A program made the translations under genes and the position numbers. From positions 37,946,001 through 38,010,000 of the forward strand of contig NC_045697.1 of the NCBI RefSeq assembly GCF_009834535.1: a DNA stretch of 64,000 nt, written 5' to 3'. The notes beneath the pieces were generated by a model. That model saw only the letters and a list, made by a program, of their open reading frames with translations, was not told the DNA's origin and did no database searches. Shown here piece by piece: positions 1 through 12,900 of the stretch. Each line of letters starts with the position of its first letter. Position 1 is the stretch's first letter. The DNA is from Camelus ferus (taxonomy: Eukaryota).

Positions 1-780
1 CATTGGATCTCAAGAAAAGTCACCACTTTATATATTGGCTCTTAAGACTTTATTCATCTAACTGAAGGTTTGTACCCTTTTACCAACCTCTCCCTCTCCC
101 CCTGCCCCCCAGGCCCTGACATCTCTGACCCATTCTACTTTCTGTTTCTATGAGCTCACTTTTTTTTTTTTTTAATAAAAATTTCACATGTGAGTGAAAC
201 CATGCAGTATTCATCTTTCTCTGCCTGGCTTATTTCATTTAGCATAATGCTAGGTTTATCCATGTTGTCTCAAATGACAGGATTTCCCCTTTTTTAAAGG
301 CTGAATATTCCATTGTATCTATGTACCACATCTTCTTTACCCATTCATCCACGGACAGACACTTAAGTTGTTTGTACGTCTTGGCAATTGTGAATAATGC
401 TGCCGTGGACATGGGGGTGCAGGTCTCTCTTTGAGGTGATGGTTTCATTTCCAGAAGCGGGGCTGCTGCACCACGTGGGAGTTCTGTTTTCACTTTCTTG
501 AGTGACCTCCATACTGTTTGTCTGTGGTGGCTGCACCAGTTTACATTCCCACCAGCAGTGTGCAAGCTTTCCCTTCACGTGCTTGCCATTGTTTATCTTT
601 TGTCTTTCTGATGGTAGCTATACTAGCCGATGTGAGGTGGTATCTCACTGTGGTTTTGGTTTGTACTTCTCTGGTAATTAGTGGTGCTGAGCATCTTTTC
701 ATGTACCTGTTGACCATTTGTATGTCGTCTTTGGAAAAAATGTCTATTCAGGTTCTTTGCCCATTTTAAAAATCAGGTTG
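1..780 (-). mobile_element. L1 ORF2 end / 3' UTR fragment
   Basis: ORF 239..565 resembles the L1 ORF2 C-terminus (HTAGGNVNW...AALFTIAK...DEWVKKMWYI). Confidence 0.85.
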
Positions 781-815
781 TTATCAGCTCTTTTTGATCT
801 TAACTGATGTTACTT

Positions 816-875
816 TTTTTTTTTAACTTTTTTTTACTGAGTTATAGTCATTTTACAAGGTTGTGTCAAATTCCA
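816..875 (-). mobile_element. Extremely 5'-truncated L1 3' terminus with TSD
   Basis: TSD tgatgttactt at 805-815 and 876-886; insert matches the L1 3' tip seen at ~35692-35735. Confidence 0.8.
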
Positions 876-2149
876 TGATGTTACTTCTTATCTCATTTAT
901 GTCTATTAAATTACATTGTTTTTAATCAGCTGGTAAGATTTTAGACAACAAGCTTGATTTGAATTTTTTTTTAACTCCTAGGAAATATCTATCATAAAAA
1001 AATAAATTAGGCCGCAGTTTAAAATATAAACATGAGTTGAAGGCCAGGCTTAAGGCCTGTTTTGTCAGAGAAACCTTAAAAATGCTGTATCTTGAAAAAA
1101 GTAGGAATTTTTCATTTGATTCCCATATTTAAAAAAAAAAAGTTTTTTTAAAAATGTCATTTCAGTGTCCTTGCTCTGTATTTTTCATGATTTCGAGCCT
1201 TCTTGATTGGCAGTCAGGTTGCCAGGACTGGAACTTGAGAGCAGGCAGTTTGTGCTGGTGGCAGTGGTTCTGCGTGGCGATCTGTCATGGCTGCAGAGTC
1301 ATCGCACTTTTCGAAAGCCTGTCATCTAAATGGCCAGAGTGGTGTGTGAAAGTCTCAGGCTCCCCGGGTTGCCTCTGTGCCCTGAGCTCCAGCCGTGCTG
1401 ACCGGGCTTGAGTCTCTGGCTGCAGCCCCTCCCTGCAACCCGCTTCCCCGTGGTTCTTCCTGCATGTTCTGGGATGACACAAGATAACGCGCGTAGGGTC
1501 CCCGACCCAGTGAGCACTGTCAGCCCCCTTCCGCACTGTCAGCACCCAGGACGTGGAATGAGCTTTTCAGGGGCAGAGGTGCAGTTGTCTGTTTTTGTTC
1601 CCTTAGTAGTCCTAATTGGGGCAAGGGGTAATTTTTTTGTATAAAGCATGCAGTAGTCTGGTTCAGTCCATTGTGGTCTGAACTTCACTCCTGCCTTCAG
1701 TATCATTTAGTGTTCCCGTGTTGGGTTTCACAGCCCTAGTGTCCTTTAAGATGTTGATGGGTACTAAGGAAGGAAAGAAAAACGGTTGGGGAGAAGGTTC
1801 CACGGTCAAATAAATTTGGCAAATAATATATTCTGGTTTTTTTGTTTTGAAGATGGAGCATAACAAAATAACAAAGACTGAGAAATCCTGTATTAAAGGA
1901 AACGTTTACTTTTATCTAATCCAGTGATTTTTCAAGTATTACTTTCATATAGAATGGGATATTAGTTTTAGACAAACAGAATTTGGGACGCGTAGTCCCA
2001 CTCTACGTTCTTCACAGCCACATCCCCGGCTGTCCCCACTTCCCCAGGCTGCGCACACAGCCGGCCTCCCGCGCACGGGAGGAGCAGAAGTCGTCGCCCT
2101 TTCACTCCTACTGTCACAGCCACGGTCCTTTCCTGCCTGTGTTTGGATG

Positions 2150-3315
2150 CCAGTCCCCTGTGTTCCACTTAGCATAAATCTTTGCCTCTCTTCCAGCCCA
2201 ATTTTGTGAGCATTTTAGCATGCACAAGCTATTCTCATCTAAAAAGGTTTTACCCCTTCCTCAGTTCTGTTCCTCGTCCAAATACGAGCTTCTTGCTCCC
2301 CTTCCCCCAGTTTCAGAGGGCTTGGCTGTGATGGGAACCGGAGTTGGCTCTGCATCCTCGCTTACTAAACCCACTGGGCTCTAGCTCCTGACCGCACCGA
2401 TGCTGTTGGTTTGGTGCTTCGCGTTCACTGCAGCCACCAGCAGGCCCTGCTGTGGTCGGCGTGGGAGGCCAACTGCTTGGCCGCCTGTTCAGTCTCCTTC
2501 CTGTCATCCCTTCAGTGTTGCTGTCCTCGTGATCGTGCTGTCCACGCCTTCATACCTCCTCTCCTGGGGTTATTACATTCAAGCCCATAGCTTCTTTACC
2601 ATTGAACTCAACTGACTCTTGAACGTCTCCGTTTTTAACTCCTGTTGGCATCCCCACCCCTTTCTCCACTGCTTCCTCTACCCTTTTAATCACATTGGTG
2701 TTGCCATAATTTATCCGGGAACTATGGGTGAGGAACTCAGGTGTCATGCCTGGCTTTTCTTTCATACCCTTACATTCACTCATCACCAAGGTATATCAGT
2801 TATGCCTCCTTAAGTTCTCTCAAATCCATCTGCTTTTCTGTGCCGTGAGTCTCCCACGGCAGTCCAGGCCAGCATGTCTCACCAGGACTGCTGGAATAGC
2901 CTCCCAATCGGTCACCCTGCCTTCAGTCTTCTTGTCCTCCAATTCGCTCTCTGTACTCGACTTTTAAAGCATAAACCTGTTGTGCACTCCCCAGCGAAAA
3001 AGCAATCAGTGTCTTAAAAGTCTAAACTCTAACCTTGTAGGGGGCCTTCCTGACCTAGCCCCTCCTGCCTAGGCGGACCCTTGTCTCGTGACTTGCTGGT
3101 TCTCTAGAAGCGCCGAAGTGCTGTGCAGTTGTCTCTTCCTGCTGGCCGGCTGCCTAGTCGGGGCCTCCGGCCTGCTCTTCAGTGCTGGCTTTTCTGGAAA
3201 ACTGTCACTGGTCTTCCTAATCTGAGTGCCTCCCATTTGCTTTGGTGGCCGGTGTTTACTGAATGAATACTGTGTCCTGGCACTGAACCAAAGCACTGAG
3301 GACATAGGGGACATT
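2150..3315. mobile_element. Degraded L2 remnants
   Basis: Pyrimidine-rich L2-like motifs (cctgctgtcc..., ctcatcaccaag..., tttactgaatgaat). Boundaries are approximate. Similar remnants lie near 30390-32160, 37200-38000, 39480-40800, 50000-51200 and 55080-55950. Confidence 0.5.
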
Positions 3316-3332
3316 AAGAGAGGCAGGGTCTC

Positions 3333-3573
3333 AAATAAAACAAAAAAGCAGCCTCGCAGGTATAGAGAATGAACTCGCCGTCACGGGGCCGCGGGGGTGA
3401 GGGAGGCGGGCAGAGGGGCAGTACCGCAGTAGGGGAGCGGGAGGCACAAACTGCTGGGTGGAAGACGGGCTCGGGGGTGTATTATACAACACGGGGAACA
3501 GAGGCAACGTTTTGTAATAACTGTGAATAGAAGGTAACCTGTAAAAATTGTATAAAAATTTTAAAAATTAAAA
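3333..3573 (+). mobile_element. Truncated L1 3' UTR insertion with 17-bp TSD
   Basis: TSD aagagaggcagggtctc at 3316-3332 and 3574-3590; A-rich tail. Confidence 0.8.
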
Positions 3574-3972
3574 AAGAGAGGCAGGGTCTCTGTTCTTAGG
3601 AGGCATAGACTGCACGGTAAAGGCTTACTTAGTTTCTTCACAATATCAAATGCTGTCTGCGGGAAGCTCCTCACTTGAGCTGAATGTTGCCTGTGAAAGA
3701 AGTTCACCTACTGCTGAAAGGTCGAATTAGATTGCTCTGATCTTCCACGCTGATTTTTTTTCTACTTTTATCTTTAGTCTTAGGTATAACTGGAGCGTAT
3801 TCCTTCAAGCAGCTATTATACTTTTCGTAAATTATACACCTGAATTTTCTTAGAACTATTTTATGCTTTTGTTGCTGTTGCTGACCTCCTTCTTCAGTGC
3901 TTGATAGTTACCTTTCTCTGGTAGCAGTTTCAGCTTTGGTTTTAGATTAATGTTGGTCATATTCGTCTCTAG

Positions 3973-4078
3973 GACCCCTACGGCGTAGCAGTGGGTGGAA
4001 CAGTGGGACACTGCTTGTGCACCGGGCTGGCAGTAATTGGAGGAAGAATGATAGCACAAAAAATCTCTGTCAGAACTG
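3973..4078 (+). CDS. TMEM165: TMEM165 penultimate coding exon (DPYGVAVGGTVGHCLCTGLAVIGGRMIAQKISVRT)
   Basis: Manual translation matches the recalled TMEM165/GDT1 C-terminal half. Acceptor ctctag at 3967-3972, donor GTAAGT at 4079; 106 nt. Confidence 0.95.
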
Positions 4079-4752
4079 GTAAGTTGGTTTTTTATTTTTT
4101 AACTAGAAAGAAAGTATCATTTAACTCTTAAAATTACTGAGAAAGATTAGAAAAAGGGAGTTTGTGTCTTTTGAAGCAGACTTGGTCTTTGTAATGACAG
4201 TCTCTTAGAAGTCCCTGCTGTTGCAAACAGGGACTGTTTTTCACATGCATAGATGTTAATAAAATACAAATCATCTAAAAACATTACTGGATTCATAGTA
4301 GCTCTTTGTCAACATATTTAAGTCGGTGAAACAATCATGTGGAAATATGAGAACTCTTTAGCTTTAGAAATGTCTCTTACAAGATTGGGAATCATAGGTG
4401 ATCACATTTACTGATTCTGCTGAAAATATCCTGGTAGTTCTTAGAAGATGGAATAAAAAGTCTCTTCGCTAGTCAGAAATTGTTGAAAGTTTTTGTAATT
4501 GTTTTAAGATGAATTACAGTTCTATTTTTGCGTGTCAGCACTCTCATTTTAATATAATTGTTATTAAAACTGCTGGAAAATAAACTGAGTCAACTGTTCA
4601 GAGTTGGGCATGTTAAATATTTTGCTGTGGAAATGAGGTTTAAGTGTTTCTAATTTGTTTTTAATGTTTAGTAGATTAGAAAAATAATGGGCAATGTCTT
4701 GGCTTATTTAGGGGAATTTTGCTTTATTTAACTTTTTTCTGTTCTCTTACAG

Positions 4753-4829
4753 TGACAATCATAGGAGGCATTGTATTTTTGGCGTTTGCATTTTCTGCAC
4801 TATTTATAAGTCCTGAATCTGGTTTTTAA
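4753..4829 (+). CDS. TMEM165: TMEM165 last coding exon (VTIIGGIVFLAFAFSALFISPESGF*)
   Basis: Polypyrimidine tract plus cag acceptor at 4750-4752; phase 1 matches the previous exon; TAA at 4827-4829; recognisable TMEM165 C-terminus. Confidence 0.95.
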
Positions 4830-5655
4830 CAAGCTATTATTGTTCATTTGTATTTAGTTTAAGATAGGCAACTTGTTATGTACATGGTGTATATTATAAC
4901 TAAAAGTGATGGAAAATACTGTATTTTGTAGCATTGATTTGTGAGTTTGACCCATTTAATGAAAGTATTATGTATGTCCAAAAAAAGAAATAATCATTGA
5001 TTCTATTTGCAACATGGGTTTTTAAAAGAAACCTGATATCTAAGTGTGGATTTTTCTTTTCTCCAGCATAATGATGTTTTAATATGGTCTCTATTTTTTA
5101 AAGTTTTTTTGGGCAGGGGGGAGCAGGGGACATATGGAACCATTGTGCAGTGGGGTCTGCCACTTGATTTTCTTTCAGCACCGGCCCCTTTTTAAGGAAT
5201 ATAAAATTTCTCCTGGATCACTGAGGTGTTTTAAGATGTTTACCTTTAAAATTTTTCATGGGGGAAAGAGTGAATTAATTTCTATCTTTTAAAACATTTT
5301 CATAAGCCAGTAAGCAGTGATTTAATCAGAAATGTTTCCAAAATCAGTTACCTTTCTCAGGTAGCAGTTTCAACTTTGGTTTTAATTAGGTTTTTTTTTT
5401 TCTTTTCTTTTTAAAGAGCAAGAGAAATGTATCACTGTTATTTATATCAATGACATGACAATAAGAATTGTTTGCCAGGTCCATTCTTCCTCTTTTTTTT
5501 AATTGGGTAGGAAACCCAATATAATAACAGTCAATATTTGACCATGTGGAATTACCAAATTAAAACAGAATACTATGAGTGTATTCATATTTTTTCTATA
5601 TTGAATAAACAATGTAACATAGATACAACATAAATAAAAGTGGTATGACCAGTGC
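4830..5655 (+). other. TMEM165: TMEM165 3' UTR with polyA signals AATAAA at 5604-5609 and 5633-5638
   Basis: Two AATAAA hexamers followed by GT/T-rich sequence (gtgcttgtttttccttgtg, ~5652-5670). The end position is approximate. Confidence 0.7.
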
Positions 5656-6929
5656 TTGTTTTTCCTTGTGTTATGCCAGTTCGTAACATCCTGATTTATC
5701 AGTCATATTAATATTTATAAATGAATTTCTAAAGTTGATTATTTTTAAAAAGTAGCCAAGCATTGTTCTAAAAGCACTGTCTTAACCCTCACACAGTTCT
5801 GAGGTAGTGGGTACTAATACAAAGTTAAAAAAGGAGTTAACTCACCCAAGGCTACCTGGTAGAGCAGGGAGTCAAACCAGGCAGTTTGGCTCTGGACCCC
5901 ACAATCAGATACTTGTAAGGCTGCTTCACGTGACCAGCACAGCTTCAGTCATCACTGTCACTGAAGTGTGTTCAAACGTAACTGACTGTATTCGGTCCAA
6001 GCAGCGTAACTGCTTTCTCCCAGCCTGATTCTGTCACCATAGACAGTAACACTGCCATCAATAGCCTCTTTAAACCAGAGCAACAGTTCTGTAGAAACTC
6101 CCATGTGTGCTGTGTGTGGGGTGTAACAGACCCAGAGCAATTCAGGTGTCCTGAGCTACTGCCAAAGTCCACAACGCACAGTGACCTGCAGCTTGATGAG
6201 ACTGAAGAGCCGGGTCAGTCGCCCCGCACGCAGTGCAGTGGTCGGCCTGCAGCAGTGCCTGTGTGCAGGGAGGACAGCTGCCCACCACTGGGAAGAGAGC
6301 CAATGTGGCTGTCAGGTAAAAAAGCAGTAGTTCACATATGGATGACGAAGTCATGTTTAGAAACTTTTCAGGCGTTCTCTACCATAAAAAGTGTGTTATT
6401 ATAGGGGAGAAAAATACAATGTCCATGCGTCAAGATAAACACTTCAAAGAAATCTCAGGTTAAGTCCCCACATTACACCATCATGCTCAGTAGTTAAATA
6501 CTCAGTACTGCTGTAGATTATTACAAACAAGTGAAAGATTAACATTATTTCTTTTCCAAGAATAGTGAAAAAGGGTAATTCTTTGTTCGAAAGTAGCTAG
6601 TACATACCATCATGGCCCACACCCGGCAGGGCGGCAGACTGGTCCCAGCACTAGCATGATAGCAAATAACAGTGTAACTCACTGAGGCACCAGTCTTGTG
6701 ACAGGACAAACACTCGGAGAACTCGGCAGTGCAGACCCAAGCTACATGGTAAAAACCGCTAATACAGTTACACTCCATTGTTGAAGAGAAGAAAGGAAAG
6801 TGTCATTGTAGTGATTTTAAAATATTTAATAGTCTTTCTTTAAAATCCAAAATAATGTGATTCTTACAAGTTATGTGCCACATAAAGGAGGTGTTTTTTG
6901 TTTTTTTGAGAAATGCAGGTGATACTGGA

Positions 6930-9900
6930 AAACAGCACTGAGGTATTTTTTTATTTTTAAAACTGAATAAGGAAACAAAGTCTGAATCTAATCACTTTTA
7001 CATTTACAAAAAAACCCCAATGCTACTGCTTGGCTCTCCTGCTATAATTTTAGGTTCTGAATACATTACAAGAGTCTACGGGAGAGAGCATTATAATTGT
7101 ACCTGTAGTTTTAAAAACTACACACATCATAACCTGGAAAAATGATTATACAGCAAGAGGCCAGAGTGGAGGTAGGCTAATAACACGTTTTACCTCTTTC
7201 TCAAAGGATAGCTTTGAAAAACAAGTGTAACCAATTGTAACACCAAGTGAAAATGGCAATATTAAATTGGTAACAAAATGATCCACATTTTACACAACAT
7301 TGGATTTCCAAACAGAGCTCATGAAAATCAGAGAACCTAATATAGCACCGTTGAAACCATGCATTATCCCATCGTGCTTCCGTGTAATTTAGGATCTGGG
7401 CCAAAGACAATACTTGGACACTGTCAGTCTTGTTTTTGTTAATCAGTTTGGATTTCAATTAAATGTTCGCTTTAGGAAAAATAGGTATTCTTTCAGTATC
7501 AGTTAGCCATTTATAGCTCCACCCTCGGAAGGTAGAATGACAGGCTGTATCTAATATTAATTTAAAACCAAGAACCAAGCAGTAAGGACACATCAATGTG
7601 AAGGGTAGCACACTAAGAACCACACAGAACATGAGAAAGGATGTGGTGTATGTTTTTCCAACTACCAATTGATGTTAACAATTAAAAATTTACAGAGAAA
7701 ACTTTTTTTTGCACTAACTGGTTTCAATACAGCACGGATTTTTAACTTGTCTTTGGGCTTCAGTCTTTACATAGAGTGTGCAAGTGGCATGCTGAGGACC
7801 TCCCCCAGCTCACGCTGCGATAAAACAGATTTCAGAATGGTCTAAATTATAGCTCTGGCCTCTGGCTGACATCCGTAAAGGAGAACAGCATTTCCTTGCC
7901 CCCCCCCCCCTTTTTTTGCTTGATGCTGATTGTCTAGCTATGTAATACATCAGTCTTGAAGATAATACATACAGCTTTTCCTGCATTCTAATTCTTTAGT
8001 ATTGGCACAACCATTGCCAGCAGTGAACCTGCACCAGTAGAGGCCAACTCAAAACACATCATAAAACATCTTAATGTCGTTTTTAAAGCGATGTCACAGT
8101 TTGTTTCCTCAGAAATTTAAAAGCATACATTTGAAAACATCACATCTTCAATTTAACTCTCAGAGTTAAGAAACACTTTTTATATATCATTAAATCCAAC
8201 TTGTGGTTGACGTGCTTTAATCACCATTCTCTAAGGGATCCCAAAAGCTAGAGTGTGCTCTGTACCTGGCCTGTGGGACTCAAGAGCTACACTAGGAGCC
8301 CGAAGGTGGAGAATTCTGTTCCAATGCAGACCAGCAAGAAGTACCCCCAAATTTCTAGGCTTCAAATGGTCAAACACTGCTTTATTGGGCAGTGCTGTGT
8401 ATGGAGGTTTGATTTTACTTTGTGTTTAAAGGGCCAAGCAACATTACACTATATAAAGACAGCACACATTTTTTGAAGAGTTTGCAGTGTGTATACATTG
8501 TTCAACCTCTATGTTTAAGGACTTTAAATGGATTTTAATATGGATATGATAGCGATGGCCTTTAGATGATGTTTCAATAACATTTTTTCAAATGGGCAAA
8601 ACAGAGGCAACGTGTGCCTGGGTTCTTTTCTGTCATAATGGCCTTTGGCTGTGTTGGGGAAGTTATCACATAAAAAATGCCCATAAAATAGAAAAGGCAG
8701 CAAGTGAAACTAGAAAAAGGTTGGAGCTACACGAAGCAGATTTGAAAGGAGTTACTTTTACTTTTTCTTTCTCTTAACTAAGTTGAGAGTAGGAGGGGAG
8801 CACTGGGGCGTATGGATTGGGCTCCACTGTGTCCTGAAGGGAAACAGATGACGAGGGCTAGGGACTGCACCCCGGTTAAGAAGAACCAGTCCTCTAAGGA
8901 TTATGAGGCAAAACAAAACCACAATTAAATACATGACACTAAGATCACTCTGAGAAAACAGAACACAAAGATACTTAAAAATATAAATAAATACATTTAG
9001 CCATTTTTATTCAAGAAACCCAGAGAACTGCTTTCAAAGCAATTGCTTCTTTAAAAACCACTTTCTGAATTCTTCCATAAATACTTACTATTTTGATTGT
9101 CACTTAAATGCAGCACCTCAGTGTTTGCTGGTGGTGGTAATGGAATTTCACTTAATAATGTCTTTTCATAAACTATATCCTATTTCACTAAACATTTCCC
9201 TAGGAAAACCCAGGCAGCTTACAAAATATTGTTAAATACTCAAAACCAGAACCTGCAAAGTATTATTTTATTTAAGAAAAACAAGGAATGTAGTGTTAAA
9301 TTATGACATGGGGAAATATGCAACAGTCACATGGAAAGAAAGTTTTAATTTTTCAATATGCACGTTTGCTTAATTTCTTGTGAGCTGTTCAATACTGTTT
9401 TAAAATCCTGAATTAATGAATTATACTAACAAAATTCATCCCCAGTGTTTCCACAGGAGATCTTAAAATAAGATCAATTTTTTTTCCTTTTCTTCAACCA
9501 AAGTAGTCTTTCTCAGTCCTTTTTGTGCAAAAATATTACAAGAGCAATTCAAATGGAAACACTGAAATGACATGCCAACATTTCAGAGCACATTAAAAAC
9601 ACCCAGAATAATTCTTGAAATTATTATATTCTAAAATATTACTACCAATCACTTTTAGGTTAGTTCTATACATCTATTCACACTGATGCAATTTTCCTAG
9701 ACCTCTGAAAAAAGACAGGCTCATTGGTCTCTTTTGGTGTCCACACAATAGGCAAGATAGGTTTACAATAGTGTCTACACGGAACTGGGCACCTACAATC
9801 TCTCGACTCCACCACATTCAAAACAGAAGTCAAAGTTCATTTGGCTACCTTGAAATCACTCCCATAAACCTACTATGGTTCACTGGATCTAAACATTTCT

Positions 9901-12900
9901 CAGAAATGTGTCATTTAAAAATTTCACCTAAGTGATGATTTGGGGATCCTTTAGAAATGGTTATTTATAAGATAATAAACTTTATCAAAATGAATAATTG
10001 CAATAAAGTGCTTATTACATTTCAAAATGATGCTTCCAGACTGTGGTGTGTTGTTTGCGAAATGTGTGCTATTCATATACAAAGGATCCCCAGGCATGAG
10101 AGTTGGGTCTTCTCACCTGTCTCAGAAAGCAGCAGCACTATGTTTTGGTAGGCTGACGGTAGGCACGTTACCCATGCGGATGAGGCTATGCTAGTGCTAT
10201 GGCAAAAGGGGAGTAAATTAGAAAAGTGGGAGGCATGTGGAGGGTTCCTACTATATTCATAGTTATATACAAATATATTAAATATACTATAAAAATAGTC
10301 AACTCTTTTCCTTTGCAATTACTTCAGAAGCTCCTTTTAGAAGAACACTCACCCACCCCAAACAAAAGGCTCTTTCTCCAATCACCACTAAACCGGCAAG
10401 TGCCTTTGTGCTGTTTCTTTTCCTCCATTTAAAAATTCCGATCAGCTTATTCCTGGCTAGACTCACTCAGCAATAGTAATATCCAGTGTTTACACCTTCC
10501 AACACTGACTCCTGAGGGACTAAGAACAGGGTCACAGACATTGGAAAGGTTACAGACTTGAATGAGTTTTATACAAATGTTTGTCAACAAACTTTTGATT
10601 AGCAGAGAAATACAGGAAAAGAAAAGTAGAAATGATCAGTATCAAAGTAAAATGCTAGTTGCATCCCACTTAAAAAAAAAGTTTACCTCGATGTAGTGGA
10701 AACATTCTAAAACACACTGAGTAATATCCAGTTTAAAATAATTCTCACCTCTCTATGCAGAGCAGGAAGAGTACTATTTTGAGGGGCCGCTTTCTAAGGC
10801 TTCTTGAACAAGGGTTCATCTCCCTTCTACACGACGCTCTTTACAGAGCTGCACTGCTTCAGTGCCCTTGACTAACTGCAAGCAGACCGACTGCTTTAAG
10901 GCAATGACTGACAACTCAAGCACTTGAAGAATTCAAATAACATTTTCACTTTTCCGCACTGAGTGTTCTATAACAAACTATTCAAAGTCACCAGCATCCT
11001 TCATTACTAGTACATTCCCAAACCACAATGAAGTGACAAGGCAGAGCACAGGACTCAAATTACCCCCTCAACTTAGGACAGAGTTGGGGGACTGAACTGT
11101 AGTATTTACCTAAATGCTACCCCATATTTGCTTTTCTGCCAATATTTTCACTCAAACAACAAAGTGCTTTCGAATGTCTCAGTTCTGGTTTGACACCACT
11201 CTCAGCAGCACTTTATCAACCTTTGCAGCCCTCACCTGTGGTGGTTAGAACGGTACTGACTCACCCAGTGCCACGGCAGTCCCAGAACAGCTGATGCTTT
11301 TCCTTATCTTCAACAGTTTCTTACCTAAAAAGTGCCATCCCAAATAAAGTGTTTCTTAAGAAAAACTGAATGATCTATAAGAGTAAAGACGAGGGAAGAT
11401 ACGATTTTTAAGTAGCTGAAAGGTGTTCCTATTTGGTATTTTTCCATGACTTAGATTTGGGATGTTAATGAACAACTTTGGCTACGGAAATGAATGAAGA
11501 ACAGGCAACTACTGCATCTTAGTCAGAATGCTCCAGTCTCCATTCATGGGGGAGGGAGCAGGGACAGCGCTGCAATGCAAGTTCAAGGAAAGCAGGAGGA
11601 AAACAAAGTTAAAGGAGCTGAGAGGCAGTTACTAGCTCTTTTGACACACTTCATTCTGACAGCAAAAGAAAAGCAGCCAGCTGCTTCTTTAAATTTAGCA
11701 ATCAATTTTCCTAGGCAGGAAAAAAAATGAGCTGTGAAGAACAACAGGAATCATAAAGCATAATCTTGTCTAATTTTCTTTCCCAAATATTTGTGAGGAT
11801 GGGAAACGCTTGAAGGGACTGGTGGAAGAGAATGTGAATAAACAGTCTAGATTCACTTTGTGGCTTGTCTTATGCTTTGCTCTTGTTAACCTGAGTACCC
11901 AGTACTCAGGGTTCACCATCTCTCTTTTAAAGTATGGGACTTAGAGGATAAACCTTAACATAATCTTTTGTTTGCTAAATCTGTAGCACTACATATTGCC
12001 AATAAACAAATGAGGCACAACTCAGATACATACAGAGTGGCATGGTCAGGTTAAGAAAGGCAATCTGAAAGGGGAGGAAGTACCGTTGCCATTCTCTACA
12101 ACTTTGACGCTGTCTGTGAGCATGTGTGCTCAAGTCCACTCGTACTCTGACGACCATTCTTGACATTCATGAGAAAGAAATCTCTTCTGGAAGATCATTT
12201 AGCTAGAAGAGGAGCTCCTTGATATGTTAATTACTGATTGGCATCTATTGACACTTCTTTTGTAGAAGGGTAGGTACCAACTTTCTTTGGTTGTTATCTG
12301 TTTCAACATTAATTTTCTAATTTAAGTGTGGCCAGGTATGGTTTTCCACAGAAAGACGAAGTATATCCCTTAAGGATGACAGCAAGGCTAAGGACAGAAG
12401 AGTCTGAAGAACTGAATGAGAGTTCCCCTGCAAAATTTATCTAGCAACTTCTATTAGGTTATTTTCATTGTTCCAAACCTCTTCTGCTTAACAACCTCAT
12501 TTCTGTCATACATTTTCCATTAAGGTCAGTTTTGATTTATTACAGCTTGCTGTTTTCCCTTTCCTCAGTGGTAATTTTTGATATTCTAATAAGGTATTTT
12601 CTCATTATTTTCCTTTGTTCTATAGTTATAAATTTAATTATTAGTACCATAAAATCTATAAAATGCTTTATGTATGCAATTTTGGTTGGAACTGAACTAA
12701 CTTTAGACCATGATATTGCCAATGAAATCTTAGTTCATGTTTATAGAGCATGTGAGTCACAATATTCTAGAGCTGCAGTGAAGGCAAAGCCAATTCTGAC
12801 CCCTTCTTTTTCCTTTGTAGGATTTTAAGATCATACTGAGCAAATATTTACTGGTAATTCTTAAATGACTATGTAACTTTAAGGAAAATGCTGATTTAGG

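Noticed and set aside
239..769. ORFs resembling a protein C-terminus (also 18069-18655, 27806-28057, 46668-46955)
   Set aside because: Decayed L1 ORF2 fragments, not genes.
7899..7917. C12-T7 run (G12 in the CLOCK mRNA) as a G-quadruplex candidate
   Set aside because: Single homopolymer of uncertain assembly length; insufficient evidence.
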